Assembly (NCBI GenBank): GCA_002773535.1
Contig: PFAZ01000007.1
Coordinates: forward strand, 4,675 to 68,674
Origin: Candidatus Harrisonbacteria bacterium CG10_big_fil_rev_8_21_14_0_10_40_38
GTDB lineage: Bacteria; Patescibacteriota; Minisyncoccia; UBA6257; 1-14-0-10-40-38
DNA length: 64,000 nt
Direction: 5' to 3'
The first letter of the stretch is position 1; each line of letters starts with the position of its first letter. Position numbers and translations under genes: made by a program. Below the pieces are notes generated by a model. That model had not been told where the DNA came from, did no database searches, and worked only from the letters and a program-made list of their open reading frames with translations. Positions 29,971 through 38,779 of the stretch are shown in pieces.

Positions 29971-31431
29971 ATGGCAAAAACTGATAAAAACCGCCGAGGA
30001 GGCAGGCAGAAAAAAGCCACCAATAATACTCGCCCAAAACCGAGGAAAGTTAATGCCGTCAAAAAGGCCCACAAACCAAAAAAAGCGAAAGCTCAAAAAA
30101 AGAAAAGTGGTGAAAAAATTTTAATAAAAAAAATAGAAAGCCTTGTACCCCCTAAAAAAGAACCGGTAAAAAAAGTTCAACCTAAAAAAAAGAAATCAAA
30201 ACCCAAAAAAGCCAAACAAAATTTTTCTCTTGGCCCACCGCTCTACACTGCAAAAATTAAAGTTATAGGCGCCGGCGGAGGCGGCGGCAATGTAGTAACA
30301 AGACTCGCAGAAAAAATATCCGCACGTGGAGCAGAATTAATCGCAGTAAATACAGATGCTCAAGATTTAGAATATTGCATCGCCAAGAAAAAAATCTTAA
30401 TTGGCAAAAATGTAACACGCGGACTCGGTACCGGTATGAATCCGGATATCGGCAGGCAAGCCGCTGAAGAGAGTAGAGCAGAGCTCATGGAGGCCTTAAA
30501 AGGCGCAGACCTCCTCTTTTTGACTGCGTGTTTTGGAGGAGGAACCGGTTCAAGTGTTCTGCCGTTTCTCGCCGAAATGGCAAGAGAAACAGGAGCTCTC
30601 ACGGTTGCCGTTGTTACAAAACCATTTGTTTTTGAAGGTGTTCAAAGAATGCGTATAGCAGAAGAGGCGATCGCAAAACTTAAAGACAAGGTTGATACTC
30701 TTATTGTTATCCCCAACGACAAAATATTTTCAATTATTAAAAAGGATACTCCGCTCGTAAAGGCATTTGAGTATATAGATGAAGTTTTGAGATCCTCCGT
30801 TCAGGGCATCGCAGAACTTATCGCTATGCCAGGAATCATAAACCTAGATTTTTCTGATGTAAGAGCAATTATGGATAATGCCGGACCCGCTCTCATCGGT
30901 GTTGGTATAGGGACCGGTCAGGAAAGAGGCGTCAATGCCGTGAAAGAAATCTTAAATTCTCCACTACTCGAAGCCTCAATAGACGGTGCGCGCGGGATTT
31001 TGTTTGGCGTCGCATGTAATCGTGATTTAAAAATGACAGAAATCAACGAAATCGCGAAACAAATATCAACATCGGTTGATCCATCTGCCAAAATAATTTT
31101 TGGAGCATACCATGATAGAAAGCTTCGACCAGGGCAATTAAAAGTAACCCTTGTAGCCACAGGTTTCCACAGCCCAATAGTAAGAAACTCTGTCGATGCG
31201 GGACCAACACCAGCGCTTTTTGAATTCAATAAAAATGGAGATGGGGGTATGAAATTTGCGCAACAAAAACCATCTACTGAATGGCCAAAAGCTCAGCCAG
31301 TGCCTCAAAAAGACGAAAAGGGAAATAATGATTCAGCAATAAACATATCAAAAAAAGAAGCGCCAAAAGAAGAAAAACCAAATGATGACATGTGGGAAAT
31401 CCCCGCATTTATGAGAAAAAAGAAAAAGTAA
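29971..31431 (+). CDS. ftsZ: Cell division protein FtsZ with Lys-rich N-terminal extension
   Basis: GAGGGGGN, NTDAQDL, GGGTG, INLDFSD and C-terminal EIPAFMR. Confidence 0.96.
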   Translation: MAKTDKNRRGGRQKKATNNTRPKPRKVNAVKKAHKPKKAKAQKKKSGEKILIKKIESLVPPKKEPVKKVQPKKKKSKPKKAKQNFSLGPPLYTAKIKVIGAGGGGGNVVTRLAEKISARGAELIAVNTDAQDLEYCIAKKKILIGKNVTRGLGTGMNPDIGRQAAEESRAELMEALKGADLLFLTACFGGGTGSSVLPFLAEMARETGALTVAVVTKPFVFEGVQRMRIAEEAIAKLKDKVDTLIVIPNDKIFSIIKKDTPLVKAFEYIDEVLRSSVQGIAELIAMPGIINLDFSDVRAIMDNAGPALIGVGIGTGQERGVNAVKEILNSPLLEASIDGARGILFGVACNRDLKMTEINEIAKQISTSVDPSAKIIFGAYHDRKLRPGQLKVTLVATGFHSPIVRNSVDAGPTPALFEFNKNGDGGMKFAQQKPSTEWPKAQPVPQKDEKGNNDSAINISKKEAPKEEKPNDDMWEIPAFMRKKKK

Positions 31432-31467
31432 GCAAGAAATTATTCTATGATATACTAAAAGCAAATA

Positions 31468-31656
31468 ATGGAGTTAATTGCTTACTTAGTTGTTCAGCTC
31501 TTCGGGAGTGTTATGTATCTTATAGTAAGATACCACTTCAATAATTTTAGCCTTGAGGGTGATAGAAAGCCGGCGGTTATTTTGAGCTTCATGGGTACGG
31601 GAATCATTTTGTGCGCTGCAGTAGCAGGCGTATTTTTATATCAAGCAATAAAATAA
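31468..31656 (+). CDS. Small two-TM membrane protein
   Basis: 62 aa hydrophobic ORF filling the intergenic space. Confidence 0.55.
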   Translation: MELIAYLVVQLFGSVMYLIVRYHFNNFSLEGDRKPAVILSFMGTGIILCAAVAGVFLYQAIK

Positions 31657-31658
31657 CT

Positions 31659-32183
31659 ATGTTTGATTTAGATAATGGCGAAAAAATAATTTATGTATGC
31701 CGTAGACATTGGCTTATATTCCTTTCTGTAATTTTTCAGATTATATTGCCGATGATTATCATTGTCATCGCTCCAATTTTTCTCAATATTTTTTTTGGGG
31801 AAATAACTGGCAATTATAAAATGCTCATTTTCATGGGCGCAGCTCTCATATTTGAAGCTCTATGGGTTGTACTTTTCGCAGTCATTATGGATTACTATCT
31901 GGACATCTGGCTCATAACAAACCAAAGACTCGTTTTTATTGAAGTCAAAGGAATGTTTAACAGAACCGTCTCGTCTGTAAGCTTTGAAAATATTCAGGAC
32001 GTCTCAACAGAGGTAAAAGGTATAATCGCTACACTGTTTGGTTATGGCAATGTTCGTATTCAAAGCGCAGGCACCACAGGTCTTTTTGTCTTTAAACAAG
32101 TCCCATTACCTTATCGAGTAAAAGATCTTATTATTCACGCCAAAGAATCCTCATCTGCATCAGGTAAAAAAAGAGACTCATAA
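31659..32183 (+). CDS. Bacterial PH-domain membrane protein
   Basis: RRHW, two TMs, ITNQR and FGYGNVRIQSAG. Confidence 0.85.
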   Translation: MFDLDNGEKIIYVCRRHWLIFLSVIFQIILPMIIIVIAPIFLNIFFGEITGNYKMLIFMGAALIFEALWVVLFAVIMDYYLDIWLITNQRLVFIEVKGMFNRTVSSVSFENIQDVSTEVKGIIATLFGYGNVRIQSAGTTGLFVFKQVPLPYRVKDLIIHAKESSSASGKKRDS

Positions 32184-32185
32184 AC

Positions 32186-34828
32186 TTAAACTGTTTTTAT
32201 TCGCTGTCTCAAAAATATTTTTCTAATCTCCTCTGCAAAAAGAACAATTGACCCAACAGAAATAATTTGAACCCACTGCTCCCAAGAAAGCGGTTTTATT
32301 TTTAACACCGAATTAAAGAATGGATTATTTACGGCAAAAACATGAAGAGTTATAACACCAAGCATAGTCATCGTAAGAAATTTATTTGAGAAAGGATTCA
32401 TTGAAAAAACCGATTTTGTCTCTGATCTGCAATTTAAGGCATTAAACCACTGTGCAACCACAATAGCTGTCAGAGCAAAAGTCCTTGCCAGAACTTCGTC
32501 ATGGGTTTGTTTTTCAAAAAGCCAGAAAGCCTCAGCTGCAATTATGGGCCCTATAAAGACAAGCCTGTAACCAATAGTTTTGTCAAAAAGCTGTTTTGAA
32601 AATTTAAACCCTTTTTTCATTAGGGATGGATCCTTTGGCTCGAGAGCTAAAGATATATCAAAAAAAGTATCAGTCACAACATTTAACCATATAAGTTGAG
32701 CGGCAAGTAGGGGAATGGGGTAACCCAAAAGCAGAGATATAATAATTAAAAGTATCTCACCGATATTTGATGAAAAAAGATATGTTATCGCCCTTCTAAG
32801 GCCTTGTCTCATATTTCTACCTTCTTCAACTGCAGAAAGAATATCTGAAAAATTATCATCCAAAAGGACAATATCAGCCGCCTCTTTTGCCACCTCTGTG
32901 CCGATTTTACCCATTGCGATCCCGAGGTCAGCCGCAACAAGCGGAGGGGCATCATTAACACCGTCACCGGTCATCGCAATCACTTCACCTCTTGCTCTAT
33001 ATGCCTCTATGATCCTCATTTTATGATCTGGCGTAACTCTTGCAAAAACTGTTGTGTTGTCAAGTTTTTCTGCGAGCTGTTCCACTGACATTGAATCTAG
33101 TTCCGCTCCAGTCATGACATTATCTCCCGGCTTATAAATCCCAGCCTGTTCAGCTATTGTTTTTGCAGTAACAGCATGGTCACCGGTTATCATGAGCGTA
33201 TCTATTCCAAGATTACGTGCCTTCTCTATACTTTCGCTGATATTTGGTCTCAATGAATCTCTTATTGCAAACAAGCCCCCAAATATAAGAGGCGGCAGAG
33301 AATCAACAGATACTGATTCTGGAGGATTTACTTCATAAGCAAAGGCAATTACTCGATAGCCTAGTTCCGAAAAGCGAATAAATGTTTGCGAAAAATGCTC
33401 ACGAGAAGACTCTTTCATTTGCAATTCCTCTCCGTTTTTTAAATACCTATCAGACATTTCCAAAATCACCTCTGGCGCGCCTGTTATGGCAAATCTTCGC
33501 GAGTCATTTTTTTTATAAATTGCCAAATGAAATTTCCTTTCATAATCAAATGGCCAGTCCTCAACAAGCTCATAATCTTTATCATTCTTGGACACACCAA
33601 CTTTTGATGCAAAAACGCTAAGAGAACCCTCCGTTGGATCTCCAATTAGTTTATATTCAGATTTTTGAACAGTTACCACATGAGCATTTGAACAGAATGC
33701 TGCTACTTCACCAGCTATTAAAAGATCTTTCGAAGGGTTTTCAATAAGAGGCAATGGTTCATATCCGTTACCATTTACCTCATTATCGTTACCATTTACA
33801 AAAACTCTCTCAACAACAAGTTCATTTTTTGTAATAGTGCCAGTTTTATCGACTGCGATTTTATGAGCTTGACCAAGTGCCTCTACTGCCTGAAGCTTCT
33901 TTACGAGCACGCGTCGCTTTGCCATTCTCCATACCCCCGCTGCAAGAGTTATTGTAAGAACAAGCGGCAGTCCCTCGGGTACCGCTGCAACTGAAATTGC
34001 TACAGAAGCGGCAAACATTTCGGCAACATCTCTTCCCTCCAAAACGCCCAAGGCAAAAATGCCAACAGTAAGCCCAAGAACAATATATACAACAACGCGT
34101 GCAATATGGGTCAGGTTTTTTGCGAGTGGTATATCTGTGTTAACTACAGCAATTCTTGAGCTTATTCCACCGATTACGGTAGAAAGGCCCGTGGCAACAA
34201 CAACTGCCTTAGCTGTTCCCGTTGCAATTACAGTGCCTTTAAAAACCATATTTGTCTGGTCTGTTGTAGAAAGATTCTTCCCTGAAATAATGCTTTCTTT
34301 TTTCCGTACAGGTCTCGATTCTCCGGTTAGAGCCGCCTCATCAATGGTTAAATTTCTTACCTCTAAAAGCCTCGCATCTGCAGGAACCTTGCCTCCTTCC
34401 TGTAAAGTTATGATATCTCCCGGAACTATATCAATATCAGAGACATCCGTCTCCTTGCCACCTCTCACAACTTCAGCTCTTGTTTCAGTAAATTTTGATA
34501 GAGCAGCTAAAGTATTTTGAGCTCTACCTTCTTGAACTGTTCCTAAGATCGCATTAAAAAGCAATATAAAAAAAATCAGAATTCCATCAGTGTACTCATT
34601 TAAGAAAAAAACAAGAATATCCGCTCCAATAAGAACATAAATAAGCGGGCTCTTAAACTGTTCGAGAAAAATTAAAAACAGGCTCTTCTGTTTTGCATCC
34701 GGTAATCTATTCGGGCCATATTTCTGAAGTCTCTCTTTTGCCTCTTCGTCGGCCAGTCCATTTTTTGAAGAATGAAGCGTCTTAAGGACATCTTCCTTTT
34801 CTGTTGCATACCAAGGTGCTGCAGTCAT
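32186..34828 (-). CDS. Cation-transporting P-type ATPase (P2/Ca-like)
   Basis: TGES, PEGL, DKTGT, TGD and GDGVND. Confidence 0.95.
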   Translation of the reverse strand: MTAAPWYATEKEDVLKTLHSSKNGLADEEAKERLQKYGPNRLPDAKQKSLFLIFLEQFKSPLIYVLIGADILVFFLNEYTDGILIFFILLFNAILGTVQEGRAQNTLAALSKFTETRAEVVRGGKETDVSDIDIVPGDIITLQEGGKVPADARLLEVRNLTIDEAALTGESRPVRKKESIISGKNLSTTDQTNMVFKGTVIATGTAKAVVVATGLSTVIGGISSRIAVVNTDIPLAKNLTHIARVVVYIVLGLTVGIFALGVLEGRDVAEMFAASVAISVAAVPEGLPLVLTITLAAGVWRMAKRRVLVKKLQAVEALGQAHKIAVDKTGTITKNELVVERVFVNGNDNEVNGNGYEPLPLIENPSKDLLIAGEVAAFCSNAHVVTVQKSEYKLIGDPTEGSLSVFASKVGVSKNDKDYELVEDWPFDYERKFHLAIYKKNDSRRFAITGAPEVILEMSDRYLKNGEELQMKESSREHFSQTFIRFSELGYRVIAFAYEVNPPESVSVDSLPPLIFGGLFAIRDSLRPNISESIEKARNLGIDTLMITGDHAVTAKTIAEQAGIYKPGDNVMTGAELDSMSVEQLAEKLDNTTVFARVTPDHKMRIIEAYRARGEVIAMTGDGVNDAPPLVAADLGIAMGKIGTEVAKEAADIVLLDDNFSDILSAVEEGRNMRQGLRRAITYLFSSNIGEILLIIISLLLGYPIPLLAAQLIWLNVVTDTFFDISLALEPKDPSLMKKGFKFSKQLFDKTIGYRLVFIGPIIAAEAFWLFEKQTHDEVLARTFALTAIVVAQWFNALNCRSETKSVFSMNPFSNKFLTMTMLGVITLHVFAVNNPFFNSVLKIKPLSWEQWVQIISVGSIVLFAEEIRKIFLRQRIKTV

Positions 34829-34843
34829 TTAATTTTCCTTAAA

Positions 34844-34936
34844 TTAGTAAAAAAACGCTGGCGCTAGTGAAAGCACAAACGTAAGTATTATTACAGCAAT
34901 AAGTATTATCGAAAATGTTTTTTTTATTTTTTTCAT
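34844..34936 (-). CDS. 30-aa single-TM small protein (not in the ORF track)
   Basis: MKKIKKTFSIILIAVIILTFVLSLAPAFFY*, fits between the AI-2E and ATPase genes. Confidence 0.6.
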   Translation of the reverse strand: MKKIKKTFSIILIAVIILTFVLSLAPAFFY

Positions 34937-34941
34937 ATCTT

Positions 34942-35979
34942 TTATGAGATTCTTTCCATTACTTTCTCATGTTTAAGGTAAACTTTCAAAATCGCCAAAA
35001 ACATAGCTGCGATAAGTGGACCATAAATTATTCCCATAAGCCCAAAAGCTTCAATGCCTCCAAGTATAGTGAGAAGAACTAATAGGGGATGAATGCTAAT
35101 CTTATCACCAATCAAAATTGGTTTTATAAAATTATCAATAGTGGAAACTATAAATATATTATATATTAAGAATATAATTCCCATTGTGAGCGAGCCAGTC
35201 GCAAAAAGATAAACACCAGCAGGTAAGAATATGATATACGGCCCAAGAAATGGTATAAGCGCCAAAAAACCCATCACAGCGCCCCATAAAACTGGAGACG
35301 GTATTCCAAAGATTGCAAAACCTATTCCACCCAAAAGACCCTGTACCATTGCCGCCACAAAGTTGCCTACAAAAATCGCCTTACCCGCGTCATGGAAGGT
35401 TTTGTATAGGTTAAGCTCCTCTCTTGTCTTAAGAGGGCTAAGATCGATAAGAAACTTTGAAAACTTCTCGCCATCTCTAAGCAGATAAAAAAGAGTCATA
35501 GCCATCACAAAAAAGTTCAATATAAGAGAAACTGCGTTTGAGATTATCCCACCAACTTCTTTAGATAAAGTGAGTCCCAAATTTTTTAAAGTCGGCTCAA
35601 GTTCTGTATCAATAAAATTTCTAATATCAAAATGAAACTGAGTGGCAATAGGTTGCACCGTGGTTATAAACGGGTCAAATAATTTTGAAAGCTGGCTAGT
35701 GTCAGAAAGAAGTGATAACGCTTCATTCCCTAAAAGTATCAAAAGTCCAAACAGGGGAAGAATTATAAGCAAAAGAACGAGCAATACCGTAACAAGAGCG
35801 CTTATATTTTTCCCCTCATGAAATTTTCTAAGCAAAAACTGGTAGAAGGGGTATGTTAGAGCCGCAAGAATCGTGCCTATTATAAACGGCGCAAAAAAGC
35901 CGCTTATAACAAAAAACAGAAGCACAAAAAATATTGTGACCAGACCAATTAGAAAATATCTTGATTCCCGTGTTGGCAT
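34942..35979 (-). CDS. AI-2E family transporter
   Basis: IPFLGP, DNFIKP and HPL…GG..FGLMGIIYGP. Confidence 0.92.
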   Translation of the reverse strand: MPTRESRYFLIGLVTIFFVLLFFVISGFFAPFIIGTILAALTYPFYQFLLRKFHEGKNISALVTVLLVLLLIILPLFGLLILLGNEALSLLSDTSQLSKLFDPFITTVQPIATQFHFDIRNFIDTELEPTLKNLGLTLSKEVGGIISNAVSLILNFFVMAMTLFYLLRDGEKFSKFLIDLSPLKTREELNLYKTFHDAGKAIFVGNFVAAMVQGLLGGIGFAIFGIPSPVLWGAVMGFLALIPFLGPYIIFLPAGVYLFATGSLTMGIIFLIYNIFIVSTIDNFIKPILIGDKISIHPLLVLLTILGGIEAFGLMGIIYGPLIAAMFLAILKVYLKHEKVMERIS

Positions 35980-36051
35980 TACATAAAGTATAACACGGAA
36001 GAATTATTAGTCATTACTCTAAAAACCTTTAAAACTCGTTTTTTCGTTTAG

Positions 36052-37197
36052 CTAAAATTTTCCAAGGGCAATTTTTCTCCTTATACCCTCAACATACTTT
36101 TCTAAAAACCAAAGGTTGTGAATAGTGAGAAGTCGTCCACCGAGCGGTTCTTTTGCTTTAAACAAAAAGTGCACATGAGCTAATGCGTAAACCCTGCACG
36201 TTGGACAGGCGCAGGCAGCCGATATCGGTCTAAAGGCATTTTTATATACGCCACGTTTTACATCTATGTAACCCCTGCTTGTAAATGCTGTTCCATGCCT
36301 CGCAACACGCGTAGGTAAAGCGCAGTCAAAAAGATCAATTCCTAATTTTATGATTTCCGGAATTGATTTTAAATCCCCAATTCCCAAAAGATGATGAGGT
36401 CTTCCCCAGTCAATTTTTTCATTAACAAATGAGATTATCTTAAACATCTCCCTTTGGCTTTTTCCTAACGCTCCACCGATCGCTATTCCAAAGACAGGCA
36501 ACTCATTTAAAGATTCAACAGATTTTTGCCTCAAATCCTTAAATAATCCGCCTTGAACAATCCCAAAGGTTTTTTGTTTTTTTGATTTATGGACTTTCAA
36601 ATATCTCTCATACCATCTATTTGTCCTCTCCAGATCACGAAGCGATGCATTTTTGTCATCAACCACAGCTCCGCATATATCAAGTAAGTACGCAAAATCA
36701 GCACCAAGTTGCATTTGCGCTTTCGCTGAAGACTCCGGAGTTAGCATTATTTCCCTGCCATCTCTCGGCGATCGGAACCTTACCCCTTCCTCAAAAATTT
36801 TAACAAGTCCCTGTGATCTCTGTTTTAGATCTGATTTTTCTCCGGGAAAAATTGAACCCACCTTCCCTATGCCGAAAGCAGTCCCTTTTCCAAGGCTAAA
36901 AACCTGAAATCCTCCCGAATCTGTAAATATTGGGTGCTCAATATTAAAAAATTTATGAAGTCCTCCTTGTTTTCCAACACGCGCCGTCGCATCAAGATCA
37001 ATAAAATGAAATGTATTTGTAATCTGACACTGCACACCCGCAGATTTAAGATCGTCTGAATCAAGCGCGCCTTTTATAACACCAAGCGTTGCAACGGGAA
37101 TAAAAGCAGGAGTTTTTATTACACCATGAGGCGTCTTAAGTGTGCCGACTCTCGCTTTACTCTTTTTTGATTTTTTCTGAACTTCAAAAGAAAACAT
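36052..37197 (-). CDS. tgt: tRNA-guanine transglycosylase
   Basis: TPAFIPVAT, TDSGGFQVFSL, GIVQGG, DLFDC, CACPTC and HN. Confidence 0.95.
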   Translation of the reverse strand: MFSFEVQKKSKKSKARVGTLKTPHGVIKTPAFIPVATLGVIKGALDSDDLKSAGVQCQITNTFHFIDLDATARVGKQGGLHKFFNIEHPIFTDSGGFQVFSLGKGTAFGIGKVGSIFPGEKSDLKQRSQGLVKIFEEGVRFRSPRDGREIMLTPESSAKAQMQLGADFAYLLDICGAVVDDKNASLRDLERTNRWYERYLKVHKSKKQKTFGIVQGGLFKDLRQKSVESLNELPVFGIAIGGALGKSQREMFKIISFVNEKIDWGRPHHLLGIGDLKSIPEIIKLGIDLFDCALPTRVARHGTAFTSRGYIDVKRGVYKNAFRPISAACACPTCRVYALAHVHFLFKAKEPLGGRLLTIHNLWFLEKYVEGIRRKIALGKF

Positions 37198-37201
37198 AGA
37201 T

Positions 37202-38104
37202 CTAATAAAATCTTGAAATTGTTCGATGATGCGGGACTTTAGGATTCATTTCTTTTGAATAAACCCACAAACGATAATCCAAATCAGGGTACGATATGCC
37301 GGTCGATTCTGCAATTTTTGAAGCGCATATAATCGCTCCTGCCCTCAGTGCCGCCTCTTCCTCTGAACCATATCCCAAAACTTCTTTATCTTTAAGTTTT
37401 TGCAATAAATCAGAACGGGGGATAAGCATACCATAATTTATAAAAAGCTGAGGAAGTTTATGATCTGGGTAAATCAATAAATCTTCCCGGTCCTTTAAAT
37501 TCATTCCACAAAATGCTTCAAGGTCCGAAATAAGAAGTCGCAATTTTTTGCAAAACGGCATCATTACGCCATTAAAATTTACAATATCAGAAAAAACATA
37601 AGGCAATTTTTCTAGCATAAAATTGGCAAAATCATTTACGCTTTTGCCATTAAATTCCGTAACCAGTTTTTCAAAATCAGTTTCTTTAAGAAAAATTCCT
37701 ATATCACCCAAAATGCGTACACGCTCTTCTACTAACTGCATTTGACCAGTTGTCCCCAAAAGGAGTTCCTTCATAAAACCCGATGGATCATTTGAAAGTT
37801 TATCTGCAAGATCAGGATATTTTTTTATAACTTCCTTTATCTTCATACCCAGCGCAATGGATCCCTTCAGCTCTCCATATCTAAAAGTTTTCGATTCGTC
37901 AGCATTCCAAAAGCAAAAATTTAATGAATCAATAAGAAGAAAAAATACCGGCGATAAACCCTCGAACTGAACTAGTGGTTCACTATCCGGTTCAGTTAAT
38001 AGTTTTATTTTTAATTCTTCAGGTATATTTTCAGATATTTTTACAAAATTGGTTTCTCTGAGAAATTTTTCTGAAAGAGGAAGTAAGTTCTCAAGTCTCG
38101 TCAT
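37202..38104 (-). CDS. Queuosine salvage hydrolase (DUF2419/QNG1-like)
   Basis: DSLNFCFW, PDHKLPQ, EEAALRA, LDYRLW and HHRTISRFY; adjacent to tgt; start placed at the ATG overlapping the nth end. Confidence 0.8.
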   Translation of the reverse strand: MTRLENLLPLSEKFLRETNFVKISENIPEELKIKLLTEPDSEPLVQFEGLSPVFFLLIDSLNFCFWNADESKTFRYGELKGSIALGMKIKEVIKKYPDLADKLSNDPSGFMKELLLGTTGQMQLVEERVRILGDIGIFLKETDFEKLVTEFNGKSVNDFANFMLEKLPYVFSDIVNFNGVMMPFCKKLRLLISDLEAFCGMNLKDREDLLIYPDHKLPQLFINYGMLIPRSDLLQKLKDKEVLGYGSEEEAALRAGAIICASKIAESTGISYPDLDYRLWVYSKEMNPKVPHHRTISRFY

Positions 38105-38732
38105 GTTTATTTTTAATATATTCCCTAAGCGGACATACATCGTGTTTGCATCGAGCTGTGCAATATTTTCTGCCGTAATCAATCATTCTGTACGTAAAAT
38201 TAAACCACTCTTTTTTGGGGAGTATCTCCATTAAATCTTTTTCAATTTTCACAGCATCTTTGTGTTTGGTTAGGCCAAATAGCCTTGAGAGTCTTACCAC
38301 GTGAGTATCAACAGCAATGCCATCAACAATCCCATACGCATTTCCCAAAATCACATTAGCAGTTTTTCTGCCAATGCCGGGAAGGGCAACAAGCTCTTTT
38401 ATTGTTTTTGGTATTACTCCATTGTATTGGTCCTTGATAATTTTTGCTGTAGATAGAATATTTTTTGCCTTTGCTCTATAAAGACCGATTTCCTTTATAT
38501 CTTTCTGAAATTCAGAAATATCGGCTTTCGCGTAGCTATCAAGTTTTGGATATTTTTTAAAAAGCCTTTTGGTTACTTCGTTTACTTTTTTGTCAGTTGT
38601 TTGAGCCGATAAAATAACCGCAACAACAAGCTCCCAGTTATTTGAATAATCTAAGGCTATTTTTGTTTTGGGGAAAAGTTTTTTCAGTATCTTTATTATT
38701 TTTTCCGCTCTCTTTGCATTATCGCTATCCAT
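38091..38732 (-). CDS. nth: Endonuclease III
   Basis: LSAQTTD, HhH LPGIGRKTAN and AVDTHV. Confidence 0.95.
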   Translation of the reverse strand: MDSDNAKRAEKIIKILKKLFPKTKIALDYSNNWELVVAVILSAQTTDKKVNEVTKRLFKKYPKLDSYAKADISEFQKDIKEIGLYRAKAKNILSTAKIIKDQYNGVIPKTIKELVALPGIGRKTANVILGNAYGIVDGIAVDTHVVRLSRLFGLTKHKDAVKIEKDLMEILPKKEWFNFTYRMIDYGRKYCTARCKHDVCPLREYIKNKHDET

Positions 38733-38779
38733 AATAATTCAATTGTATGCGAGAAAGGTAAAAAATTAAAAGCTCCTAT

